Assembly: GCA_043740085.1 (NCBI GenBank)
Contig: JAYUCY010000094.1
Location: 2,325 to 66,324, forward strand
Source: Ilumatobacteraceae bacterium
GTDB taxonomy: Bacteria; Actinomycetota; Acidimicrobiia; Acidimicrobiales; Ilumatobacteraceae
DNA: 64,000 nt
Direction of reading: 5' to 3'
The notes below the pieces were generated by a model. That model searched no databases, was not told where the DNA came from, and was given only the letters and a program-made list of their open reading frames with translations. Below are positions 26,387 to 36,920 of the stretch, piece after piece. Positions within the stretch are counted from its first letter, which is position 1, and the number at the start of each line of letters is the position of its first letter. The translations under genes and the position numbers were made by a program.

Positions 26387-29068
26387 ATGGCGCCTGACCT
26401 TGACCGGATCAGCTTTCTGTTTGGTGAGGACGCTCTCACCGACCTCGACGCGTACGACTTCGACGTCGAGTCAGACGTCGTTGCAGCCATCGAGCGGTTC
26501 GTGGCCATGCCGAGCGGCTCAGCGGTGGATGGCATGCGTTCGGCCGTCCGCACCATCGCGGTCCGGCAAGTTCTTGATGACGACCCGCCCGAGGCGTGGC
26601 GGGCCGCGATCCGCATGCGCGATGCTGGGTTCGATCGCGACGAAGTGCTCCGCCAGCTGTCGATGGTGATCTCCGAGCACGTCATCGAAAGCCTCTCCAC
26701 GGTCGAGCCGAGCGACCCGGCACAGCTGGCCTTCGCGCTGGACGCGCTCCCGTTGCCCTCGGCCGAACAGATCGCCGAGGTACTGGTCGGCATCGCCCGC
26801 GCCACCCCTGGGCTCGACGCCGACGACCACATCCAGCAAGCCGTTGCGGCGCTCGGGTCGGGAGCGGGCGGGCGAGTCCTGCAGGCCCTGGTCGAGCGCG
26901 TACTCGACGCTCTCGTGGAAGGCCCGTTGCACTGGTTGGCCGATGATGTGACGGTCGCCTTCTTCGACACGATTGCCGGCCGAACGTTCACTCACCGTTT
27001 CAACGACTCCGAACGCGAGATGGGCGTGCTCAGCATCTCCGTCGACATCGCCGGGTATCAGCGCTTCGACAGCGTGCGCCTCGCCGACGGAACCGAGCTC
27101 GAGCAGTTCTCAGTGGAGCACGGTCACATGGCATGGCGTGGCCCTGAGGGTTGGCTTGGTGGTTTCACTGCGGACGACCTTCTCGCTGTCACGGCGGAGT
27201 TCACTACGCCGAGCGGCGACCAACGTGTCGATGCGACGGTCACGATCCGCGTGGTCGCCGACTCTCCGGCAGTGACTGGCGAACTCACCTCGGCGGTACG
27301 CGCTGCCTACGACGCAGAGCAGCACGAGCACGGCCTGCCGGTTGCGGCGGAAGATCTGGTTGTGTGGCTCTGCCACCACCACCCGGAAATGTTCAGGGTT
27401 CCGCTGCCACCGATCTCCGACCTGATCGAACATGCCGGGCTGGAGCTGAACGGCGGCTTCATGGCGCATGACGATTCGGTGTGGCGGCAGGATCTGTTGG
27501 TACGACGAACTCGCCGGCTGCTCGACATCGTGCCCGAGCCGCACTGGCGCAAGGTGCTCGGCCGCGCCATCGAGGTGCTTGCCGACCCAGAGGCGGAGGT
27601 TGACCTCATTCGCGCATCACTCGACGAGTGCGCAGAACCCGCGACGCTCGACGAGCTCGTCGACCTGTTGATCCCCGAGTATCTGGCACCGCAGGACGAG
27701 TACGACCTCGCCGGTGTCGATGCGCCCGGTCGCGCGTTCGAGCTCGTCCACCGGGCGATCGCAGTCGCCCGTCGACCGCGTCAGGTGGCCACGGCTGAAT
27801 ACCTCGCATGTGGTTTACGTGAGCGGTGCGGGCAGCCCATGGCCGCCCTGGAGCACCTCACCCGGGCGGTGGAGGCGCAACCCCGGCTCGGGCCGATTGT
27901 CGAGCGGATGGGGTGGTACTGCTTCGACCGAGGTGATGCCCGCGGCGCGATGCGTTGGTGGCGTGAGCTGGAGGAGGCTCACCCAGCGGCGAGCACCATT
28001 GCTGGGTTCCTCGCTCGAGCTGATGGCAATCCCAAGGTTGGGCGCAACGACCCGTGCTGGTGCGGGTCTGGCCGGAAGTTCAAGCAGTGCCATCAGGGCA
28101 CGAGCGACCAGCCGGCGCTTCCCGACCGGGTGGGCTGGTTGTGCCGCAAGGCATCAGCTTGGGTCGAACACTCCACCGGCGAGGCACGTAATCTGGTGAC
28201 GGATCTGGCCATCGCATACGTCACCGGAGACCCCGACGCCGATGCATCCGACGTGGTGAGTGCTGACGAGCGCAGGATGCAGCAGCAGTTCGAGGTTGCG
28301 TTTGCCGACCCGCTGCTGTTCGATGCGACGCTCCACGAAGGGGGCCAGTTCCGGCGTTTTCTGTCCGAACGCGGCGACCTGCTACCCGATGACGAGCGGC
28401 TCCTCGCCACAGCGTGGCTCACCGTCGATCGCAGTGTGCACGAGGTGCTGTCGGTCGAGCGTGGTGTTGGACTGCAGCTGCGCAATCTCGCCACCGGAGA
28501 TGTTGTCGATGTACGCGAACGCACCGCGTCGAAGCAGGCGCACGTGGGCGAGCGTTACTGTGCGCGCGTGGTGCCCGATGGTGCATCGCACCAGATCATC
28601 GGCGGCGTGTTCGAGGTGCGCACCGGCCACGAACAGCAAGTACTGGACCTGTGCCTGGCGGCCGACGCTGCGGCGTTGTGTGCATGGGCTGGTGCACTGA
28701 ACCAGCCACCACGGATCGTTCACCGACCGGGCATGATCGACTCGATGCTGGACCGAAGCGCGCTGCAAGCCGCGCTGGACGAAGGGGAATTCGCCGACGA
28801 GACCGAGATGCTGTCGCGACTCAACGCCGAACTGTCGCGGCAAGCCCAATCACGGTGGCTTGACGACAACGTTCCGGCTCTCGGAGGCCTGACCCCACGG
28901 CAGGCCGCCGCCGACCCCACGCGGCGCGAACAGCTCGAACGACTGCTCAGCGAGTTCGACCGGCACGCCGACAGCCTTCTCGACGCGTTCGCGCACGTCG
29001 ACGGCGTCGTCGGCACGCCGATCACCTACGACACCGCGGAACTGCGGCGCGAGCTAGGCATCACCTGA
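26387..29068 (+). CDS. 893-aa SEC-C-motif (zinc knuckle) protein of unknown function
   Basis: An internal GRNDPCWCGSGRKFKQCH lies at codons ~552-569 (DNA 28055-28093 for C..CH). The C-terminal WLDDNVPALGGLTPRQAA segment is followed by the repeated tail. I recognise no enzymatic motif. Confidence 0.75.
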   Translation: MAPDLDRISFLFGEDALTDLDAYDFDVESDVVAAIERFVAMPSGSAVDGMRSAVRTIAVRQVLDDDPPEAWRAAIRMRDAGFDRDEVLRQLSMVISEHVIESLSTVEPSDPAQLAFALDALPLPSAEQIAEVLVGIARATPGLDADDHIQQAVAALGSGAGGRVLQALVERVLDALVEGPLHWLADDVTVAFFDTIAGRTFTHRFNDSEREMGVLSISVDIAGYQRFDSVRLADGTELEQFSVEHGHMAWRGPEGWLGGFTADDLLAVTAEFTTPSGDQRVDATVTIRVVADSPAVTGELTSAVRAAYDAEQHEHGLPVAAEDLVVWLCHHHPEMFRVPLPPISDLIEHAGLELNGGFMAHDDSVWRQDLLVRRTRRLLDIVPEPHWRKVLGRAIEVLADPEAEVDLIRASLDECAEPATLDELVDLLIPEYLAPQDEYDLAGVDAPGRAFELVHRAIAVARRPRQVATAEYLACGLRERCGQPMAALEHLTRAVEAQPRLGPIVERMGWYCFDRGDARGAMRWWRELEEAHPAASTIAGFLARADGNPKVGRNDPCWCGSGRKFKQCHQGTSDQPALPDRVGWLCRKASAWVEHSTGEARNLVTDLAIAYVTGDPDADASDVVSADERRMQQQFEVAFADPLLFDATLHEGGQFRRFLSERGDLLPDDERLLATAWLTVDRSVHEVLSVERGVGLQLRNLATGDVVDVRERTASKQAHVGERYCARVVPDGASHQIIGGVFEVRTGHEQQVLDLCLAADAAALCAWAGALNQPPRIVHRPGMIDSMLDRSALQAALDEGEFADETEMLSRLNAELSRQAQSRWLDDNVPALGGLTPRQAAADPTRREQLERLLSEFDRHADSLLDAFAHVDGVVGTPITYDTAELRRELGIT

Positions 29069-29081
29069 CCCATCGGTCGTC
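28918..29081 (+). repeat. 164-bp direct repeat, copy B (authentic 3-prime end of the SEC-C gene plus 13 nt)
   Basis: See copy A. 160 of 164 positions are identical. Weaker similarity continues about 12 nt further with a 1-nt indel. Confidence 0.85.
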
Positions 29082-29089
29082 CCGAGCGT

Positions 29090-29339
29090 CGACTGGTGCC
29101 CCGGCGAGGTGGGATCGGCGTTCGTGACGATCTGGCCGCCAGCCGCTGCGATCGCGTCGAGTGTCGGCTCTGGCGGGAGCATCGCGAAGACGCCGAGTGG
29201 GGTGAGGACCGTTCGCGACTCGGTTCGACATCAACTCCAGCGCCGAGAAACTGAACGCATCGCCCTGCACGATCAGCGCCGTCTTGTCACCGAAACGCCG
29301 GGCGGCCTCCGGAACAATCTCACCGATCGTCGATGCCAT
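29090..29339 (-). pseudogene. acyl-CoA synthetase (AMP-binding) N-terminal remnant
   Basis: MASTIGEIVPEAARRFGDKTALIVQGDAFSFSALELMSNRVAN is a typical ligase N-terminus. The frame then breaks. A second frame reads VLTPLGVFAMLPPEPTLDAIAAAGGQIVTNAD, and nothing further follows. Confidence 0.5.
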
Positions 29340-29404
29340 ACGGGAACGGTAGCCGACATTGTCCTGAGCAGGTGAAAAGCCTCCTACCAGGTACGCAGCA
29401 ATCG

Positions 29405-29530
29405 TTCGCGCACAACCCGAAGGTCGCAAGTTGTCAGATGGACATCGTTGGTGGTGTGCAGTTGGTCAACGGTTGGAAGGCGTCGATCGTGTCGGGGATC
29501 GACGACCACTCGCGTTCGTGATCTCGGCGC
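29405..29530 (+). mobile_element. IS481-like (rve integrase core) transposase fragment
   Basis: CQMDIVGGVQLVNGWKASIVSGIDDHSRS then a stop. This resembles the W-Q-x-D...DDHSR segment of IS481/IS3-type DDE transposases. Only about 40 codons are present. Confidence 0.4.
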
Positions 29531-29706
29531 ATGGCGCCAGGAGCCGGCCACCTCGTTCGTCGAAATCGTCAGCGCCGAGAACATCGGCGCCAACACCTAC
29601 CTGATCACTTCAGGATCGAACCGATCAGGGCCGCGACAGCCTCGTTCCACCAGCCCCGCGACATTGCGGTTGAGGACGTCGATGATCCGAAGATCTAGGC
29701 GGCCGC

Positions 29707-30684
29707 TCACGCGCTGAGCCGCGCCAGCACCTCGTCGTCGAGCGAAAAGTCGTAGTCGTAGCTGTCGCGACCGACGCGGTTGAACCAGGCGTACGAATCG
29801 CGGTAGGCGGCCTCGAGGCCGAATCGCGGCTCCCAGTCGAGATCGCGTAGCGCCTTGTCGACCGAGTAGATCGCGCCGCCATTGAGCGCCTCGCCCCAGT
29901 GGACCAGCGGCGCACGCAGGCCACGGGCCATCTCTGCCGGGACATGGACGATGTTGGCCTCGACTCCAGCTGCCGCCGCCATCATCTTCATCGAGCCGAG
30001 CACGCTGGTGATCTCCCGACCGGCCACGTTGTACAGCTGGCCGATGGAACGCGGGTTTCCGGCTACCGCGGCCATCAAGGTAGCGACGTCGGTGACGTGG
30101 ATGAGGTGCACGAACGGCAGTCCATCGCCCGGCACCAGGATCGGCCGACCCGCCTCGAGCCGGGCGAAGAAGATCGGCTCACGCGACGCCAGCGGGCTCA
30201 TCGGCCCAATGGTGTGGGTGACGCGCAGCGCCGTCCACGGCAGGCCGCCACGTTCGTGTTCGCGCCGCAGGTACTCCTCGCAGCGCACCTTGCCGACTCC
30301 GTACGCCTTGCCCTTGGCCTCGTCGGCGGGATCATGGCTGCGGAAGGTCTCGGTGATCGGCTGCAGGAAGCTGCGACGATAGGCAGCCACCGAACTGGTG
30401 AACACGAGCTGTTCGATGCGGCCGCGAAACAGCTCGACCATCGGTTCGAGATCGGCCACGACATATGCGGTGTTGTCGTAGACGATGTCGAAGTCGTCGC
30501 GGTGCGGGCCGAGCACCTCGCGCAACACTCCGGGCTGTTGGCGATCGCCGTGAAGCCGGCGCACCCCTACGGGCAGCTCGACCTCGTGGCTGTTCATCAC
30601 CGTCACGTCGTGACCCCGACGGGCGAGCTCGCGCACCAGGTGAAGACCGATGTAGCGGTTACCACCCATCACCAATGCCCGCAT
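29707..30684 (-). CDS. NAD-dependent epimerase/dehydratase family protein
   Basis: Started at the ATG at 30684: MRALVMGGNRYIGLHLVRELARRGHDVTVMN (GxxxxxG Rossmann). A YGVGK catalytic Y-x-x-x-K is present. Confidence 0.8.
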   Translation of the reverse strand: MRALVMGGNRYIGLHLVRELARRGHDVTVMNSHEVELPVGVRRLHGDRQQPGVLREVLGPHRDDFDIVYDNTAYVVADLEPMVELFRGRIEQLVFTSSVAAYRRSFLQPITETFRSHDPADEAKGKAYGVGKVRCEEYLRREHERGGLPWTALRVTHTIGPMSPLASREPIFFARLEAGRPILVPGDGLPFVHLIHVTDVATLMAAVAGNPRSIGQLYNVAGREITSVLGSMKMMAAAAGVEANIVHVPAEMARGLRAPLVHWGEALNGGAIYSVDKALRDLDWEPRFGLEAAYRDSYAWFNRVGRDSYDYDFSLDDEVLARLSA

Positions 30685-31004
30685 CAGAAACCACCCGTGC
30701 TTGGGGCCGTCGCGCGCCGGCTGGCCCGGATCAACGTGAGGAGCTCGCATTCATGTTCGCCAACGCGGCGTCCGCTGGCGGCCATCACCACCGACGGTAA
30801 CCTAGACGCTGGCCTGGCGTCATTCCGGAACATGCAAATGTCCGCAGGATCTTGGAAGTCACTTCCAAAATCTAGCAGCTGGTCATCGCTCTGGCGATCC
30901 CCGGCCTGCGTATCGAATAGTTCCGTCGAGCGGCGGTTGTCGCTCGCTGAGGCCCGGTGGGCTCACGCTGAGTCGATCCGGCGCTGGTGGAACCAGATGG
31001 GCGG

Positions 31005-31095
31005 GACCCTCGGTTCTGGGAGGACGTCGAGATCGGTGACGATCTCGACGAGATCATCAAAGGGCCGATCGGGACTACCGACGCCATCCTGCGTG
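31005..31095 (+). pseudogene. MaoC/hot-dog dehydratase-like fragment
   Basis: RFWEDVEIGDDLDEIIKGPIGTTDAI within track ORF 30987..31286. This is the typical N-terminal strand of acyl dehydratases. The rest of the ORF is R/S/P-rich noise. Confidence 0.3.
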
Positions 31096-31396
31096 GGCGT
31101 TCCGCGATCCGACGACGAGCGCGCTCGAGCCCATCTACTCAGTGCATTGACGTGATGCCGGGGAGCGCTGTCATTGCATTGCCGAGCCGTACCGACGTGA
31201 CCTCTCCAGCAGGTCGTCGCGCAAGGCGTCTCTCATCGCCCATCCGTCAAGGTCCTTCACCACCTCGCCATCTGGCCGCTCCGTGAGTTGACGTCCGTGT
31301 CATTTACGGCCAACGGGAAGGTGTACGGTTCAGCCGGGCACGGGGTGTCCCGCTGGGCCGAGGGTGGGGGGAGCCAGCGCCAGAGAGGAGAGCGCA

Positions 31397-32488
31397 ATGA
31401 CCGGGACCGTATTGATCGCAGGCGCCAGCGGGCTTGTCGGAGTGGCAGCTGTCGAGAGCTTCCTGAAAGCCGGGTACGAGGTCGTCGCGCTCTCGCGGCG
31501 GAAGCCCGAGATCGACGGCGACGGCGAGTTCCGGCACCTCGCGCTCGATCTGCAGGACGAGGCCGCGTGCAAGGCAGCCATGGCGGACCTCGCCGACGTC
31601 ACCCACGTCGTCTACACCGCCGTGTTCGAGAAGCCGGGGTTGATCGCCGGGTGGAGCGAGCGCGACCAGATGGAGACCAACCTGGCGATGCTGAAGAACC
31701 TCATGGAACCGCTCGCCGCGACCGCGACCGGCCTCCAGCACGTGAGCCTGCTCCAGGGGACCAAGGCGTATGGCATCCACCTCCACCCGATGCGGATCCC
31801 AGGTCGGGAGCGCTACCCACGCGACGAGCACGCCAACTTCTACTGGCTCCAGGAGGACTACATCCGCGAGATGTCGGCGCGCGACGGCTGGACGTTCAGC
31901 ATCTGGCGCCCGCAGCTCATCGTCGGTCCGAACTACGGCGTGGTCATGAACCTGCCGCCGATCATCGGGGCCTACGCGGCGATCCGTCGTGAAGAAGGTC
32001 TGCCATTCAGCTATCCAGGTGGTGTGTCGTGGGCGTGGGAGGCCGTTGACACCCGTCTCGTGGCCAACGCTCTGGTCTGGGGGGCCAGCTCCCCGAACGC
32101 CGCCGGCGAGACGTTCAACCTCACGAATGGTGAGGTGTTCGAGTGGCGCGACCTGTGGCCGGCGCTGGCCGAGGAGCTGGGCGTCGAGGTGGGCCCGGAC
32201 GAGCCCATTCAGCTGTCGACGTACCTCCCCTCGAAGGCCGACGTATGGGACAGGATCGTGGCCAAGCACGGCCTGCGCAAGGTGAGCATGGCCGAGCTCG
32301 TCGGCGAGTCGCACCATTACGCCGACTTCTGCTTCGCCTACGGTGCGCAGGGTCCGATTCCTGCCGCGTTCGTCAGCACAGTGAAGATCAAACAAGCTGG
32401 CTTCTGCGAGGTGCACGACACCGAGGAAACGTTCCGCTACTGGCTGGGCAAGCTGATCGAGCGCAAAGTCCTCCCGCCAGCCGGCTGA
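31397..32488 (+). CDS. atypical SDR-family NAD(P)-dependent oxidoreductase
   Basis: Started at the ATG at 31397: MTGTVLIAGASGLVGVAAVESFLKAGYEVVALSRR. 363 aa. Confidence 0.75.
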   Translation: MTGTVLIAGASGLVGVAAVESFLKAGYEVVALSRRKPEIDGDGEFRHLALDLQDEAACKAAMADLADVTHVVYTAVFEKPGLIAGWSERDQMETNLAMLKNLMEPLAATATGLQHVSLLQGTKAYGIHLHPMRIPGRERYPRDEHANFYWLQEDYIREMSARDGWTFSIWRPQLIVGPNYGVVMNLPPIIGAYAAIRREEGLPFSYPGGVSWAWEAVDTRLVANALVWGASSPNAAGETFNLTNGEVFEWRDLWPALAEELGVEVGPDEPIQLSTYLPSKADVWDRIVAKHGLRKVSMAELVGESHHYADFCFAYGAQGPIPAAFVSTVKIKQAGFCEVHDTEETFRYWLGKLIERKVLPPAG

Positions 32489-32518
32489 CCGAGGTGGACG
32501 ACGCGCCCGGGTCGCCAG

Positions 32519-34054
<1,536 letters not shown>

Positions 34055-34281
34055 AATCGATCCCCAATCGTCGCTCTACTTGACGATCGTATCAACTTCG
34101 TCGAACGCTGTCACACTGGCTTCAAAGGGGCCGCACGCAGCGTCTCAGCACGGTGTGGACGGACCCCGGTGACCGTACGAGCGGGCGGTTGCGACCGAGT
34201 GCAGGTTGACGAAGTGGGTCGCCATCGTTGATGATGCGTCGCGCGCGTCGCTGCTGTTACGGCGCCGGGAAGGGGCTTGCC

Positions 34282-35268
34282 ATGGAGATCTCGTGTGCGT
34301 TCCCGACGACGCTGTCGTCGGCCGCTGACATCGCAGTTGCCGAGGAGCTCGGCTACGACCGGGCCTGGCTGTACGACACCCCCCAGAACAGTCCCGACGT
34401 CTGGATGACGCTGGCGCTCGCCGCCGAGCGTACGGAACGGATCGGCCTGGGGCCGGGGGTGTTGATCCCGACATTGCGGCACCCGATGGTGAACGCAGCC
34501 GCAACGGCGACGCTCGCCGCGATGGCACCTGGTCGGGTGGCGGTGTCATTCGGCACGGGGTTCACCGGCCGTCGGGCGATGGGTTACCGGGCGATCCCGT
34601 GGTCGTTCATGGAGGCCTACATTCGGGCGTTCAATGGTCTGCTGCGCGGCGAGGTGGTGGAGTGGGAGGGGGCGAAGATGCAGATGCTGCATCCCGGCGG
34701 AAGTGCACCACCGCGGCCGGTCGTCGTCCCCGTGCTGATCGGTGCGCTCGGCCCGAAGGGCCGCCAGATCGCCCACGACCTCGGTGACGGCCTCTACGTC
34801 GCGTTGAGCGTCGATGAGGCCGCGAAGGAGTTCGCGTGGGTCTCGCTGCTGTATTGGGGAACCGTGCTCGATGACGGCGAGAGCGCCGACTCGGAACGGG
34901 CGAAGGCTGCTGCCGGCCCCGGCTGGGCGCTCGCCTACCACAGCACCTATGAGCTGATCGGACGTGAGGCGGTGCGCGAGATCCCCGGCGGCAACGAATG
35001 GTTGGCGGTCGTCGACGGTTCGCCGGAGGACGAACGTCATCTCGCGGTACACGTCGGCCACTGCATCGAGCTCAGCCCCGCCGACCACGCGGCGTGGAAC
35101 GCCGGCGGCGCCGCACTCGTCGATCAGGTGACGATCACCGGCACCGCTGAACATGTCCGCCGGCGCCTCGACGCGCTCGGGGAGCAAGGCGTGACGGAAC
35201 TCGTCTACCAACCGGCAGGACCCGACATCCGCCGCGAGCTCGAGCGCTTGATCAACGCCGCGCGCTGA
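34282..35268 (+). CDS. LLM-class (luciferase-like) F420-dependent oxidoreductase
   Basis: Started at the ATG at 34282: MEISCAFPTTLSSAADIAVAEELGYDRAWLYDTPQ. Also RVAVSFGTG. Confidence 0.75.
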   Translation: MEISCAFPTTLSSAADIAVAEELGYDRAWLYDTPQNSPDVWMTLALAAERTERIGLGPGVLIPTLRHPMVNAAATATLAAMAPGRVAVSFGTGFTGRRAMGYRAIPWSFMEAYIRAFNGLLRGEVVEWEGAKMQMLHPGGSAPPRPVVVPVLIGALGPKGRQIAHDLGDGLYVALSVDEAAKEFAWVSLLYWGTVLDDGESADSERAKAAAGPGWALAYHSTYELIGREAVREIPGGNEWLAVVDGSPEDERHLAVHVGHCIELSPADHAAWNAGGAALVDQVTITGTAEHVRRRLDALGEQGVTELVYQPAGPDIRRELERLINAAR

Positions 35269-35366
35269 CATCAGAACCGGATCACCGCGAGCGTCCGGAC
35301 GGCTGATCGAGGGCGTGTGGTACGGTCCGGCAAACAACGGTACCCGACGGGAAACGGAAGTGGAAG

Positions 35367-36257
35367 ATGGGCGACTTCACGACGCTGATCGAGGGCTTGT
35401 CCTTCACCGAGTGCCCGCGCTGGCGCGAAGGCCGGCTGTGGATCTCCGACTTCTACACGCATCGCGTTCTGGCCGTGTCGTCGGACGGCACGGCGGAGAC
35501 GGTCGCGGAGGTCCCGCAGCAACCCGCGGGTCTCGGCTGGCTGCCCGACGGCCGGATGCTGATCGTGTCGATGCGCGACCGGCGGATCCTGCGACGCGAG
35601 CACGACGGCTCGCTGGCCACACACGCGAACCTGATCGATCTCGCACCCTGGCACCTCAACGACATGGTGGTCGATTCGGGGGGCCGCGCCTATGTGGGGA
35701 ACTTTGGCTTCGACCTCATGGGTGGAGCGCAGGCTCGGTCGACGTGCCTGATCCGAGTCGACCCGGACGGTTCGGCGAGCATCGCCGCCGAGGACCTCGG
35801 CTTCCCGAACGGCATGGTCATCACGCCGGACGGGTCGACACTCGTCGTCGCGGAGTCGTTCAACGATCGACTCACCGCCTTCTCCGTCGCTGCCGATGGC
35901 GCCCTCAGCGGGCGTCGGGACTGGGCGGAGTTCGGTCCACGGCCGACAGCGACCGACGTGGCCACAGTACTCGGAGAGGTCTCCGTCGTGCCCGACGGCA
36001 TCTGCCTCGACGCCGAGGGCGCGATCTGGGTCGCCGACGCCGTCCACGGCCGCCTGTTACGGGTGGCAGACGGCGGGGAGATCCTCGACGAGCTCCACGG
36101 TCCGATGGGGATCTTCGCCTGCATGCTCGGCGGCGAGGATGGCCGCACGCTGTTCGCCTGCGCAGCCCCGACGTTCGCCGAGCACGAGGCCTCCGTTCAC
36201 CACAGGGCGGCGATTCTGATGACCGAGGTCGCGGTTCCCCACGCCGGTCTTCCCTAG
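35367..36257 (+). CDS. SMP-30/gluconolactonase/LRE-family protein
   Basis: LSFTECPRWREGRLWISDF, NDMVVDSGGRAYVGN and FPNGMVITPDGSTLVVAES beta-propeller motifs. Confidence 0.8.
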   Translation: MGDFTTLIEGLSFTECPRWREGRLWISDFYTHRVLAVSSDGTAETVAEVPQQPAGLGWLPDGRMLIVSMRDRRILRREHDGSLATHANLIDLAPWHLNDMVVDSGGRAYVGNFGFDLMGGAQARSTCLIRVDPDGSASIAAEDLGFPNGMVITPDGSTLVVAESFNDRLTAFSVAADGALSGRRDWAEFGPRPTATDVATVLGEVSVVPDGICLDAEGAIWVADAVHGRLLRVADGGEILDELHGPMGIFACMLGGEDGRTLFACAAPTFAEHEASVHHRAAILMTEVAVPHAGLP

Positions 36258-36274
36258 ATGAGTAGTTCCAAGGG

Positions 36275-36530
36275 ATTCGCGCGTTCCATGATCAGTGGGC
36301 TTACACACGCCTCATTTGCCACGCCCGCACCCATCTCAGCGGTCTGTTCCCGTATCTGCCGCAGCGACCCGCGTACAACAAGCGGCTTCGCGACGCCACC
36401 GCGACCATGCAACACATCAATGCCGCTCTCGCCCGCGGCTGCCCGTCCTACAACGACGACCTGTGGTTGGTCGATTCCACCCTGGTCGATGGCCGCACAC
36501 GCGAGACCGATCACTCGAGCAATGATCGTG
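36275..36530 (+). mobile_element. IS982-like transposase fragment (internal ~85 codons only)
   Basis: My translation gives HLSGLFPYLPQRPAYNKRLRDATATMQHINAALARGCPSYNDDLWLVDSTLVDGRTRETDHSS. This matches the recalled pattern H-L-S-G-x-F-P-Y-L-P-x-x-P-G-Y-N-K-R-L-R...W-x-V-D-S-T-P-V of the IS982 family. The N-terminus and DDE C-terminus are missing. Confidence 0.5.
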
Positions 36531-36714
36531 GTGGAGTCGTCCAGCCACAGATCGTCTGCGGTGCAGCGGGACCCGCCGTCGTCCAGGTCGTGTTCAGTTC
36601 ACCTCTTTCAGATTTGCGGCCGGTGAAAAGTCATCTCCACCGGAACACCGAGAGCCGCTCCCCGACGGGGTTGTCGGACAACACCCCAGGTCGATCCAAT
36701 CGATGTCGGGTTGA

Positions 36715-36831
36715 TTCACGCGTGCACGGAGTTGACGATCGCCGGTGAACGATCGGCGAATCCGAATAAGGTAAACTGACAAAGAGTCGCCGCCCAGCGC
36801 CCAGCGCCCGCACCCTTGGAACCATTCGTCT
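36715..36831. repeat. 117-bp inverted repeat, left copy
   Basis: It is the reverse complement of 52205-52322, with 5 transitions and 1 single-base indel. It contains tandem GGGCGCT and CGATCG-N8-CGATCG. Confidence 0.85.
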
Positions 36832-36920
36832 GGACCTTCCGTTGACCAGAGGGACCACGAGTCCTGGCGCTCGGTGGCAAACCCGGTACCTCGGGTTGCA
36901 CTCAGTCGGCGATGGCCGCC

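Noticed and set aside
26089-26991. 300-aa - strand ORF, Ser/Arg/Ala-rich
   Set aside because: It is antisense to the 3-prime end of hipA and the start of the SEC-C gene. It is low complexity with no motif.
29595-29630. GGATCGAACC-like T-arm sequence as a tRNA fragment or att site
   Set aside because: I could build no flanking acceptor or anticodon stems, and it does not match the 3-prime end of the tRNA-Thr at 23334.
36716-36901. Short ORFs in both inverted-repeat copies sharing the peptide GAGAGRWAATLCQFT.F.FADRSPAIVN.VHA (also the end of 51860-52321)
   Set aside because: The repeat differences are 2 synonymous versus 3 non-synonymous, plus a frame-breaking indel just upstream. This gives no sign of purifying selection. 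I treat the element as a non-coding repeat.
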